DNA of 64,000 nucleotides from Pristiophorus japonicus (lineage: Eukaryota). The notes beneath the pieces were generated by a model. That model ran no database searches. It was not told the DNA's origin and was given only the letters and a program-made list of their open reading frames with translations. The stretch lies in NCBI RefSeq assembly GCF_044704955.1, contig NC_091999.1, positions 38,750,001 through 38,814,000 on the forward strand, written 5' to 3'. Each line of letters begins with the position of its first letter. Within the stretch, counting starts at the first letter, position 1. The translations under genes and the position numbers were made by a program. Shown here one piece after another: positions 38,512 through 50,889 of this stretch.

Positions 38512-40615
38512 ATGGCGACCCCATCCACGCCGGTGGCAGGGCCAGCTAGGACTTATGCGCAGGTGGCATCCACATCCACGGCACCTCCTGCGCCTCCTGC
38601 TGCCCTGCCACCATTCAGACTGATAACTAAAAAACACGGGGTCAAGGGCTACACTAAACCCGCAATGAGCATTGAGGAGTGCGTGCGGGCGATGGCTGGG
38701 GTAGTCGGCCCCTCGGCCATTGTCGAAGTCTCCAAGATGTCTGGGAAGGCCGTGTTCTTCCTGGGGTCAGAGCGGGCGATGTCCCTGGCCATTGAAAAGG
38801 GGCTCATGGTGGGCGGGGTGTTCCTGCCGGTGGACCCTCTCGAGGCCACCGCGCAGAGGGTCATCATTTCAAACGTCCCGCCCTTTGATCCCGCTGAGCT
38901 CCTCCTCCCTCATCTACACCAACTGGGGGAGGTAAGGTCGGGGATCAACCCCATACCGCTCGGCCTCAGGGAGAACAGCCTGCGCCATGTGTTCTCCTTC
39001 CGCCGCCAGCTCTTTGTCCGGCTGGCGCGGGAGGAGACGACGGAGGGCAATTTCAATGTGGTGCACGATTGGACTGCCTACCACGTCTTCTGGACGTCGA
39101 ACGGCTTGCGGTGCCATGCCTGCAGTGATGTGGGGCACGTTCGCAAGAACTGCCCCGCCTCCAAAGCCGCCAAACCACCGAGGGTGGCCAAGGCTGGCGC
39201 CGCCGCCACCCCTCCCCCTAGTAGCGTCCACGTGCCGGGAGCCGTAGGTGCGCGGGCATCGTCGGAGGCCATTGTTTTCACGGCCTCCGGCGATGGGGGG
39301 GGGACAGCGTCCGACCGGAAAGAAGGCACGGAAGAAGGCGAAACATCTAGAGGCGGGACCCCTCAGTGCGCCAGACAATCTGTTTACCGCGCTAGGGCCA
39401 ACCCCGTCACCGGCGAGCGCGGGGTGCCCTGAGCCCGTGCCTGAGCCCTTGACCAGTATCACAGAGGCGCTCGGGCGCGGGCAAGAAAAGAAAAAGGGGG
39501 GGGTGGAGCGGGAGGCCTCGGCAGACATGGAGGTCTCCCTGCCTCCACGCCCTCCCAGGAACAAAAGGAGGCGCCGCTCCAATGAGGCGGAGGGGGAACA
39601 ACATCCCTCCGCGGAGGAGTCGGTGCCCGCCGCGTGTCCCGCGTCCCCCACCAGCGCCCCCAAATTGCGCTGCAGGCGTGAGGAATCTGTCCCCGGGGAG
39701 GGTGAGGCAGTCGAGGCTGCCCGGCCTCTGCCTCCCGGGGATGGTGTGAATGATCTGACTGACGAGGGGGGCGTTGGGCCAGCGGTGGAATGCGTAGCCG
39801 CCGGGTCGAGCGTCCCCGGGACTGAGGCAGGCGGGCCGAACAGGCCGAACCTGAGCCCGCCCAGCTATTAATTATCTGCCCCCTAGAGTCGCTCGGCCCG
39901 GAAGAAACTGAAAATGGATTAATATTAACGATTCTGTACACGCTGGGCCGGGGGGTGGCGGCGGGGAGGGGGAAGAACAACAACCTTCGCCACCTACTTT
40001 GGAGCTGGGGTACTTGGAGGACCTGGAACATTACTTTGACCAAGTCTCTCCGTGTTCCGCGGTTCCTGGGGCGGAGGAGGAAACCCTTCCGCTGTTGCTT
40101 CCCGACCCAGTACCAATTTTAAAAGAGCTCAGTGGGGACTCCTCTGCCGACGATCCTGGGGTGGGATTGGGGCAGAGCCAGGGCCAGATGGAGCGGCCGG
40201 GCCGTTTGCCATACCTCGTGCGGTCGACGAGCCGGCTGCTAGCGGCGACCTCCCGGAGGAGGACGGGGACTCGGTGGAGGACGCGGGTGAAGATCTCGAG
40301 TCCATCGCCAGTGAGGCGGTAGATCTCCTCGTGACCGCCGCTGAATCCCCCCTCATTCCCGTCGAGGAACTCCGGGACTTTTTGGTCCAGCGCCAGTGTC
40401 GCCGCAACCGAACCCATCTGGCCCGGGAAAGATGGTCTGATCCGGGGCTGCTCATCGCTTCCGTCCGCGCCGCCGCTAAAACCATGGCCGTGGGCGGGCC
40501 CTTATCAAAGGCGCAAGGCCTTGAGCTGCGCCGGCTCAAAAGGTTCCTCACTGGGCTGCTGAAGGAGTGGAGGTCAACAAACGACTCCACTCCCAGCCCC
40601 CACAATAGGTTATGA
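38512..40615 (+). pseudogene. Tx1 ORF1 (gag-like, CX2CX4HX4C), frameshifted
   Basis: RVIISNVPPF..HVFSFRRQLF..CHACSDVGHVRKNCP. Broken across ORFs starting 38509, 39248, 39999 and 40052. The stop overlaps the ORF2 start (ATGA, 40612-15). Confidence 0.85.
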
Positions 40616-43600
40616 AGATAACCATAGCCAGCCTCAACATCAACGGCAGCAGAGAGGCACGACGTAGATTTAACAATTTTTCGCTCCTGCAGGAGGGGAA
40701 ATATGCAGCGTGCTTCCTGCAAGAAACCCACACCGTTCCGGGAGACGAAGCCACGTGGCTCCTGGAATGGCAAGGAGAGGTCCGCATGAGCCACCTCACT
40801 GCCACTTCTAGTGGGGTGGCCATCTTGCTGGCCACGCATTTTCAGCCGGAGATCTTGGGGGTCGAGGAGCCCGTGCCAGGCCGCTTGCTGCACGGAACGG
40901 TTCGCCTGGGGGCGTGCCGCTCCACCTCGTGAACGTGTACGACCCTCAGCCCGGCCCGCAGCAAACGCGCTTCTTCGAAGAGGTGTCCGCTCTTCTTGGC
41001 TCCGTCGACGTCGGCGACTGCATTGTCCTCGGGGGGGATTTTAACTGCACCCTCGAGGCCAGGGACCCCTCCGGTGCCCCGCAGAGCATGACGGCGATGG
41101 AGACGTTGTGGGACCTGGTCGGGTCCTTCGACTTGGTGGACGTCTGGCGAAATCTCCACCCAGACTCCAGCGCCTTTACTTGGGTGAGGCCTGGAGTTGG
41201 ATGGTCCACAGTCGACCGCCTTTAACTGTCTCGGGCGTACGTTTCCTGCGTCCCGGCGGCCTCCATGCGGCAGGTACCCTGTTTAGACCACCACCTGCTG
41301 CGGGCAGAGCTCTCTTCGCTCCGCGCGAGGACGGGGTCCGCGTACTGGCATTTTAACAACCAGCTGCTGGAGGACGTGCGGTTCCAGGACTCGTTCCGTC
41401 GTTTCTGGGCCGACTGGAGAAGGAAGCAGGGGGGCGTCCCCTCCTTGAGGCTATGGTGGGACGTGGGCAAGGCTCACGTCCGCGTCTTCTATCAAGAGTA
41501 CGCGAGGGGGTCGACCAAGAGGCGGGCGGCCAGGGTCGGGCATCTAGAAAAGGAGGTGCTCGACCTGGAGCAAGTCGTCGGGGACCCGGCCCTGCGGACG
41601 GTGTACGAAGCGAAGAAGGCCACGCTGAAGGACCTGCAGCTCGTAGGGTCCCGAGACGTGTTCGTGAGGTCACGGATCCAGTTCCTGCGGGATCTGGACC
41701 GCTGCTCCGCCTTTCTTCTACTCGCTGGAAAAAAGACAGAGTGTCCGTAAGCAGCTCTTGACGCTGCTGGCCGACGACGGCTCTCTCGTCTCGGATCCGG
41801 AGGACGTCAACAACAGGGCCATTGAATATTACGGGGCCCTGTTCTCTCTGGAGCCGTCCAGCGAAGAAGTGCATAGAGTTTTGTGGGAGGACCTGCCGAA
41901 GGTCAGCCCGGAGGGCGCCGAAAATCTGGATGCTCCGCTAATCCTGGCGGAGCTGACCGGCGCCCTCGACCGGCTCTCGAGGGGAATATCCCCGGGTCTG
42001 GACGGGCTGACCGTGAAGTTCCACAGGGCGTTCTGGGAAGTCCTGGGGGGCGACTACGCGCGGGTCCTGTGGGAACGTCTGGTGACCGGGGAGATGCCCC
42101 TCTGTTGGCGCAGGGCAGTCATTGTCCTGCTGCATAAGAAGGGCGATCTCCGCCTCCTTAATATCTGGCGCCCAGTATCCCTCCTCAGGACGGACTACAA
42201 AATCATCGCCAGGGCGATGTCTGCTCGCCTTGGTGCCGTGCTGGACCACATGATCCAACCCGACCAGTCCTACACGGTCCCGGGCCGGACAATCCACGAT
42301 AACATCCATCTGGTCCGGGACCTCATCCATTATTCCCCAGGAGGCTGGTCTGCCGGTCGCCTTCCTATCCCTCGACCAAGAGAAGGCGTTCGACAGGGTG
42401 GATGACGACTATCTGCTTGGAACTCTGCGCGCTTTCGGGTTTGGGATGCATTTCGTCGCCTGGATCCGACTTTTATACGCCGCCGCAGAGTGTCTGATTA
42501 ATGTTAAAGGGTCCTTGACGGCGCCCCTTCGCTTTGGGAGAGGGTTGCGCCAGGGATGCCCCATGTCCGGCCATTTATATGCCGTCTGCGTGCAGCCTTT
42601 CCTGCGCCTCCTGCGGACGAGGTTGACGGGACTGGCTCTGCAAGGGCCGGGCGTGGAGGTCGTCCTCTCGGCTTACGCCGATGACGTGCTCCTCACGGTA
42701 GAGGATCCCGCTGACCTGCGGAGGATGTGTGAGTGCCAGGAGATTTACTCAGCCGCATCCTCCGCCAGAATCAACTGGGAGAAATGTTCCGGACTCCTGG
42801 TGGGTCAGTGGCGGGTGGACTCCCTGCCGGAGGAGCTCACGCCTTTTGCCTGGAGCACGACCCATCTCCTCAATCTGGGAGTCTACCTTAGCCCCGACGA
42901 GGAAGTGTGGGTGGCGAACTGGCAAGAGCTGGAGGCCAAGGTCGCCGCTCGCCTAGGGCGCTGGACAGGACTGCTCCGAGTGCTGTCCTGCAGGGGTCGA
43001 GCGCTAGTCATAAACCAGCTTGTGGCCGCCATGTTGTGGTACCGGCTGGTCACTTTGACCCCTCCACCTGAATTTGTCGCCAAGATACAGAAGAAGCTGG
43101 TGGACTTCTTCTGGAACAACAGGAAGCACTGGGTCTCTGCCGCGGTCTTGAGTCTCCCGCTTGGGGAGGGCGGTCAGTTGTTGGTGTGCGTCAGCGCCCA
43201 GCTCGCGACTTTCCATCTTCAGACCCTGCAGAGATACCTTTACGTTGACCCCCCTCCCAGGTGGTGTGCTCTGGCGACGTCTTTCTTCCGCCAGCAGCAC
43301 GGCCCCAACTACGACACGCAGCTCCTGTTTGTGAGTGTGGGGGGCGTCAGGACCGCCCTCCGGGAGCTGCCTGTCTTTTACAAGGAACTCATCAGGGTCT
43401 GGAACAAAGTCTCCACCAAGCGGAGCTCTCCACCGGCTGGAATGGCGGCCGTCCTGCAGGAGCCGCTGCTCGGGAATCCGTACCTCCACGACCGAGGTTT
43501 TAGGTGGCGATCGGATGAGAGTGCTTTGGCTGGTGAGTTGACCAGGGTCAGGGACCTGCTCGATGGCGGAGGAGCGGGTTGGATGGCGCCAGACACGCTG

Positions 43601-44500
43601 GCGCGGCGCCTAAATTCCGCCAACGTCCGCCGCGCGGCTGATGCCATCGAGTCGATAAAAACAGCTCTGGGCCCTGACTCCATTAGGTGCATCGAGGAGG
43701 CTCAAGCACGCGGGGAGATCCCATCCGAACTGACCCCCGTCCGGACGGAATTCCTCATCGGCGCCAAACCCCGGAACCTCCCTCGGGGGCCGACGCCTCA
43801 CAACTTGAGCCGCCTCGTGGAAATCCCCTCCGTGCCTTTCAGTTCTGCGCGGAGGGGTTTCCTGTACGGGCTGCTCCTGCACACTCTCAACTTTGCCATC
43901 CTTGCCTGCCATCTGGACACGCCATGGCATACCATCTTGCCGTCCAGAGGAGGCGGGGGTCCCCGATGGAGGGCAATCTACGCAGGGGTCCTCCCACTAT
44001 TTGCCGGGGACTTGGCCTGGAGGGTGATGCACGGAGCAGTGCCGTGCAATAAATTTTTAAGCCGGTTCACGGGCTCCCAGGCCGCCTGCAATTTCTGCGG
44101 TCTGGAAGAGTCCGTGTTCCATGTTTTTATTGAGTGCACGAGGTTGCTGCCCCTGTTTTGTTATTTAAAGGAGCTGCTCCTGAAATTCTGGCTGCACTTC
44201 AGTCCCACACTCCTGATGTTCGGGCACCCTGTGCGGAGGGGAGCGGGTAGGTCCGAGGGCCTCCTCGTAGGTCTGCTCCTGGGCACGGCCAAGGGGGCCC
44301 TCAGCCGGTCCAGGCAGCAGGCGATCGAGGGGGTCGTTCAGCCAGACTGCCTGCCTCTCTTCCGCGCATACATCCGGTCAAGGGTGTCCCTGGAGGTGGA
44401 GCATGCGGTGTCCACCGGTACGCTCGTGGCCTTCCGCAAGAGGTGGGCACCGGAGGGACTGGAGTGCATCATCACGCCCGGCAACCAAATTTTAACTTGA
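40612..44500 (+). pseudogene. Tx1 ORF2 (APE endonuclease, RT, C-terminal CCHC) with several frameshifts and stops
   Basis: IASLNING..LQETH..GGDFNC..DHH; SPGLDGL..WRPVSLL..DYKI; QGCPMSG..AYADD; CNFCGLEESVFHVFIEC. Confidence 0.93.
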
Positions 44501-45904
44501 TTTCATATTTTTAAGTTAATTTGTTTTAATTGCCGGTGCTTTTAGTGTCCCCCTCCCCTTTTATAGGGGGCACTTGGAGAAAAAAATATATTTTTGTGCC
44601 AAAAATAAACCTTGCAAATGTTGGTGTTTCCCCCAGATCGGGGGGCACGGGTTAATGTTTTTTGTTTGCTCCTAAAAGAGTTTCATGCACAAGGACTCCC
44701 AGGTCCCTCTGCATCGCAGCATGTTATAATTTCTCCCCATTCAAATAATGTTCCCTTTTGCTGTTTTTTTTCCCTCAAGGTGGATGACCTCACACTTTCC
44801 GACATTGTATTCCATCTGCCAAATCTTAGCACATTCTCTAACCAATCTAAATTTCTTTGCAGCCTCTTTGTGTCCTCTGCACAACCCGTTTTCCCACTAA
44901 TCTTTGTGTCATCTTCAAATTTTGTTACACTATACTCTGTCCCCTCTTCCAGGTCATCTATATATATTGTAAACAGTTGTAGTCCCAGCCCCGATCCCTG
45001 TGGCACACCACTAACCACCGATTTCCAACCCAAAAAGGACCCATTTATCGCGACTCTCTGCTTTCTGTTAGCCAGCCAATTCTCTATCCATGCTAATACT
45101 TTTCCTCTGACTCCACGTGCCTTTATCTTCTGCAGTAACCTTTTGTGTGGCACCTAATCGAATGCCTTTTGAAAATCTGAATACAGCACATCCATCGGTA
45201 CACCTGTATCCACCATGCTCGTTATATCCTCAAAGAATTCCAGTAAATTAGTTAAACATGATTTCCCCTTCATGAATCCATGCTGCGTCTGCTTGATTGC
45301 ACTATTCCAATCTAGATATCCCGCTCTTCCTTCCTTAATGATAGTTTCAAACATTTTCCCCACTACAGATGTTAAACTAACCGGCCTATAGTTATCTGCC
45401 TTTTGTCTGCCCTCTTTTTTAAACAGAGGTGTTACATTAGCTGCTTTCCAATCCGCTGGTACCTCCCCAGAGTCCAGAGTGTTTTGGTGGATTTTAACGA
45501 ATGCATCTGCTATAACTTCCTCCATCTCTTTATCCCTGCGATGCATTTCATCAGGACCGGGGGACTTTTCTACCTTGAGTCCCATTAGCCTGTCCAGCAC
45601 TACCCCCCTAGTGATAGTGATTGTCTCAAGGTCCTCCCTTCCCACATTCCTTTGACCAGCAATTTCTGGCATGGTTTTTGTGTCTTCCACTGTGAAGACC
45701 GAAGCAAAATAATTGTTTAAGCTCTCAGCAATTTCTACATTTCCCATTATTAAATCCCCTTTCTCATCTTCTAAGGGACCAACATTTACTTTAGTCACTC
45801 TTTTCCATTTTACATATCGGTAAAAGCTTTTACTATCCGTTTTCATGTTTTGCGCAAGTTTACCTTTGTAATCTATCTTTCCTTCCTTTATTGCTTTCTT
45901 AGTC

Positions 45905-45918
45905 ATTCTTGTCAATGA
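45905..45918 (+). pseudogene. 3' remainder of the IgM secretory tailpiece ((N)SCQ*)
   Basis: Joining gacaccttca (36684-93) to attcttgtcaatga (45905-18) restores D-T-F-N-S-C-Q-stop. Confidence 0.88.
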
Positions 45919-45946
45919 GAATGTCTCGATTGCATTTCAGTTCTTA

Positions 45947-45952
45947 AATAAA
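45947..45952 (+). terminator. Polyadenylation signal of the secretory mu transcript
   Basis: AATAAA ~30 nt after the restored tailpiece stop codon. Confidence 0.7.
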
Positions 45953-46619
45953 AAACAATGAAGGGCTTTTCTTCCATCGTGAGTTAAACACACAGCCACT
46001 CAATTAATTATGTTTCCTATTTTGGCCAATGTGAGGGCTGTTTATCTGAAGTAGGGTGTTTGCGGATCTCGGTCCCAAGGCTTGTACAGCCAGCGCTACC
46101 AGCTCAGATACAGCATGAGTTAGAAACTGCGTGGAGTTCTCTCATTACAGGATTCCTGAAGGTAACTTCAGCTGAGAGGGAGTAAAGGGTAATTTTAACT
46201 CACTGTACCTCTCACACGCACCAGCGGGAGGAGAAAGGGAAACGTATAATTCATGTAACCCCCACTGCCACTCCCGCAGGGAGATGGGAAGTGAACCACT
46301 CTCTTTTTAATGCACTAAGTTGCCATCGTACATTCTAACCCATGATCTAAAAATTTTAAATTTGCCATATGAGTATTATATTCTGAAATAACTATTTATT
46401 CCACATAATATTTTTAAATAGACTTGGGGGTGCAACAGTCCCTGTTAATTGTAAACTAACATGTTGAATTCTAATGGGCCATGTCTAAACTGGTGACTGA
46501 ATCCTCTCCGAGTTTCTCACAGTTGTGTCCCTGATGTTGCTGAAGCCCATCGGTTGAATTGTTGCATTCGTTCGGCTGATATCACATTGCGCCTCACACA
46601 GAACACATTTACACAGAGC

Positions 46620-47560
46620 GGAGGAGAATACATGTGAAAGTGAGTTTGTGTGTGTTCACATGTAAGTGTTTTGATGATTTTGTATATGTTTGTGTTTTTG
46701 TGTAAGTGCACAATTACACATGAACGCACAAAGACTTACATATGAAGACATACTAACAACCTGAAACATAATATTACACATAACTAGAATATAATGAAAA
46801 CCATCATTGTCAAATCCAGTTATTGGTACTCTCTGAAACTTTGAACAAAACAATAATACACGTCAATCGAAACGTACACTAACACAACGGAAACTTATAC
46901 GCACTTACACAAGCATAGACACACATATCAATCCAGACACACACTTACACAAAACACACTTACACACATTTACAAACATATCAACACATACATCAATCTA
47001 CACACACATTTACACAAAGCACACACACACTTACACACACATAAACACACACATTATTCCACGCACACACACTTACACAAAACACATTTATACACACTTA
47101 CACACACATAAACACACACATCTACCCACACACACACTTGCAAAAACACACTTACACACACATCAATCCACACACACACTTACACAAAACACAGAAACAG
47201 ACTTACACACAGGTAAATACACACGTCAATCCACACACAGACTTGCACAAAACACACACACACTCGTAAACAAATGCATCAAATCAAATACAGATTTACA
47301 CAAAACACACACACACAAACACTCACCAAACATGAACAACATTGAGACATAACCATACACTTATTGGAAAACACATACCTCAACACACTTACACAAGCAT
47401 GGACATGCCTATAAATCCAAACACAAACTAACACAAAACACACACACACACACACTTACATGTGAACACAATGTTACACGAAAACTCACACACACTTACA
47501 CCTCAACATAAACAAACATTTCGACATAACCACACATATACATTTACAAACATGAACAAA
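46620..47560. repeat. CA-rich low-complexity region
   Basis: Degenerate acacac/cacttacac motifs. Confidence 0.85.
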
Positions 47561-47705
47561 GCAAAATTTTAAAATTGAGTCATTATTATTTTATCCATTT
47601 TTGTAACTGCTGATAAAGCTTCATTTACAAATAGAAAGATCAAGGCCAAAATTATTAATCAATAACATAAAGGTATACATTGCGTACCAGTTCTTGTCAT
47701 ATTTT

Positions 47706-48972
47706 TGTAAAGCCAAGCTCAGTAATTAATTCTGTGTGACCATGGTCTGTATAATTGTTCTCAGAGAAGTGATTCCTGCCACAGAGAGGGAGGGAGATAG
47801 AGATAACATAGAAAGTCAAAGGCAGTAGATAATATGATCTACTGTAAGGCTACAACAGCTGTAAATTTTCACAGCTTTTGAATGGGAGAAAAATGGTATA
47901 AAGTAACAGCTCTTCTACTCAGAAGGCAGTGCGAATCAAGCGAACAGGAGATAAGGAGTCGGCACCACGGTCAGCTCGAGAGGACGCTATCGAGAATTAG
48001 GCTGTGACAATAATTTGTTAAGTATTACTTTTGTAACAGAATGTAATTTACTTGATAAAACACTGTTTTTACTCACTATACCTGTATTAAAAGTATTTGG
48101 TATGATGTGAACAAGAGTCTCCCAGTTTGAATTAAGTATATACCCTGGAAATAGCTGAATTGCTATAGTTAGCAAAGCGGCAAAAAGCGGCTCATTGGTT
48201 AAACACTACATCTGGCGACCACGAAGGAACAAAACAAAGAGATATTGAACAAAATGCAATATACTCAATAATCAAGTTAATTGGGAACTCTTGTAATTTT
48301 TTCTGTCTATTTGAAAACAAGTTCTTGTGTGTCACCAGCAGATGCAAGGCAGATCAAATCTTGTGTAAGGTTGATTTACGTCAACTGCTAGTGACTGTTA
48401 TCTTCATTAAGGAAGCTTACTTAAAAATATTTAATTTTCAGATGCCGGAGGAGTGTCTCTTGGAAGAGTATCAGAAAAAGTTTGAAAAAATATGTGACAA
48501 AACGCAAGTGCAGACACTGTTGCTAGATTGCCTAGGGAAGAATCCGAATGTATCCCTTAAGGATACGGTCACTTTTATTGATGAACAGATTAAAGCTAAG
48601 AAATGGAAGCTGGGTAAGGCGATGAGTCTAGTCACTTGTGCAGCTTCGTACTTCGCAGGACGTCAATCAAAGGTCAAGAAAGAATTAGGGGATAAAATAT
48701 CAGAACTGGAAAAAAAAATTCGGCTAAGAATGAAGAATTGCAGAAAATAGATTCAGACATTAAACAGAAAATTGTGAATTTGCAGAGTCAATTTGCCTCA
48801 GCTACTGCAGTAATGCAACAGCAGAGTATCAATGCAATTCACGTAGGGGCTGCAATGTAAACATTAGGAAATCTTGAGATTTAAAAAGAAGATCTAAGCA
48901 GAGAGAATAAACGTCTCACCAAACAATTAGAGGACTCATGGGGAACAATGATGGAGGCTTTGCATCGATCCC
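47706..48972 (+). mobile_element. Truncated LTR retroelement: LTR 47706-48210, tRNA-Arg PBS 48213-48230, start of a decayed coiled-coil gag-like ORF (~48442)
   Basis: TG...CA termini, TATAAA at ~47897, then tc+TGGCGACCACGAAGGAAC (17/18 match to the complement of the tRNA-Arg(TCG) 3' end as I recall it). Confidence 0.72.
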
Positions 48973-50889
48973 TTCAAGGGATAAATTATAAGGTTGCAAA
49001 TAGGAGCTCAGAATTATGATGAAGGTCTTGAACTTATAATTGCTACGTAGGTAACACTTGCTTATGTAGGTACAGCGCAAATGTATAACGCATTGAACTG
49101 AATCCGTAATCTCTGTAATACTTAAACAGCCGGTCAGCAGTTTTTTTACGTCCCTGAGGAAGAGATAAATAAGCAAGTACAGCCACTCTAACCGTCGGAT
49201 AGACTGGGGTAGAGGGAAAAATGGAACAAAACAATGATGAGAGATGGACTGTTGCATTTACCACTCAGAGACCGTCGGATAAGAGTCGACAAATCAATGT
49301 AACTCCGCTGATATCAATAGACCTATCGATGATTTTGCAGGAGGATAGCTCCTCTCCAAAACCTGTATAAGTTATGCTTGAAAACTCTTGTATTTCGGAG
49401 GTTCCACGACTGAACCTTCCCTTGTAATTGCTCGTAATAAAAGCGAGTTGATCCTGGGATTTCGTGTGTTCACTTCCGTGGTCGTTATACAGTGGGAGAA
49501 AGGTGAGGTGTCGATGAACTATATCAGTTAGTCCACGTGGAAGAAGAGAAGCCTCCTTTTTAAACCCAACATTTGGCGTCATGAACCGGATGCAGACCTT
49601 CCGACCTGGATCACGTGACTGCTAAATGGTAGTGAGCATGTTTTTTACCACATGCAGCTGTAGCATTTACGGGGAAGGAACTAATTTGTATGAAGAATTT
49701 GAAGGGGTCAGCTGTCGGACAACTTATAACGAACCACAGATGGTTGAAAACCAAGGGTGGGATAGGTGTATGCCTGAGAAAGAAGGAATGCAACCGCATG
49801 GGGAGTGGACCCCAGCGATCGTTATGGGAAATATAAGGTGTATGTCCTGAAGCATGACGTGGTAATCACACAGTGAAGCTGGTATTGATCGTGTGCGGTG
49901 CAAACAAGAAGGAATACAACCTAAACCGTGGGGTGGGACCCCAGGATCCTAGGAAAACTGGCCAGTGGGATAAAATGCGAGTTGAGATAAATGGAAAATT
50001 AATAAAAGAAAAGAAAAATGTTGGATATCAAATTGAATTTACAAAGGACAGTTTGTTTTTATCAAAAGATAGAAATTTGACCTTGAAAGCTGCAGAGAAA
50101 CAAAGATGTTGAGCAAAATGGACTGGAGGAAGATCATCAAAATACAAAACCTAATTTGAAGAAACGAGATTTAAATTGGCTGTGAAAAGGATATTGGTTG
50201 AAATATAAAAACTTATGAGTTAAACCCGACAACACTTTGTGCCGAGGAAGAGAAACAAAGATGTTTAACTATGGACTGAAGTAAGGTCATCAAAAAATGA
50301 TTAAGTTCAGATTCAAAAGGGGGAAACGATCTAAGCTATGTGAACTCAGCACAGAAAGAAAAAACTGGGAATTACAGGATTCTTAAAAAGATGGACTGGC
50401 ACCGAAGTTTAGATTTTGTGCCGAGAGAAAATAAAACGCAAGATTTGCTCAGTGAACGGGACCATAAAAAAACAAAATGCTGGAATGTATATAGCTTGCG
50501 TGGAAATTGGATTTCTGTAAACAAAATAGCTATTAAAATGTGTGGTCTCGCTTTAAATCAATGAAAAACTCGTTGGCACGTATTTGAATTGGGTGTGTAG
50601 AGAAATTGGAGTTTAATCTAAAATGCTGCCTTTCCCGCTGAGAAAGTTTTATTTTGACAACTTTACCAATAATTTCTGCTATTTTAACGGATTCCTAATT
50701 TCTTATCAAGCTTTGAAAGCACAAAGACTTGGGGTAATATTTTCAGATGGATACCCGAAGTCACGCAATGACGCCAGACCTTCTTACAAACCTGTAGTGG
50801 AGTTAACCCTTTCCATTGAAAGATATTTTATACTGGACATTATTAGTTTGGATTTCTTAATAAAAGAAAAAAGACTCACCTGACAGACA

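Larger units (their letters stand above)
37586..44681 (+). mobile_element. Full-length L1/Tx1-clade non-LTR retrotransposon with 15-bp TSD TTCATGCACAAGGAC (37571-85 and 44682-96)
   Basis: ~0.9-kb 5'UTR, ORF1 with a zinc knuckle, ORF2 EN-RT-CCHC, short 3'UTR with no poly(A), perfect flanking direct repeat. Confidence 0.93.
36692..45910 (-). mobile_element. 5'-truncated CR1 LINE inserted in the IgM tailpiece; CR1 sequence at 36692-37378 and 44682-45910, interrupted by Tx1
   Basis: (CATAAGAA)3 reverse-complement tail at 36692. The ORF2 peptide reads across the Tx1 insertion (..RDLGVLVHE | VSLQVQQVIRKANG..). RT motifs at 44683-45915. Confidence 0.93.
24538..45918 (+). pseudogene. IGHM: Elasmobranch IgM heavy-chain cluster pseudogene (L-VD..J-Cmu1-Cmu2-Cmu3-Cmu4-secretory tail)
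   Basis: All segments are in order with phase-1 splice junctions. Stops or frameshifts in V, Cmu1, Cmu3, Cmu4 and the tail; probable acceptor loss at Cmu2; retrotransposon insertion in the tailpiece. Confidence 0.93.

Noticed and set aside
38600-44100. Numerous antisense and alternate-frame ORFs over the Tx1
   Set aside because: Shadows of GC-rich retrotransposon coding sequence.
37379-44696. Direct repeats flanking the Tx1 read as LTRs
   Set aside because: The element encodes an APE endonuclease and non-LTR RT with no integrase, PBS or PPT; the repeat is its 3'UTR plus the target sequence.
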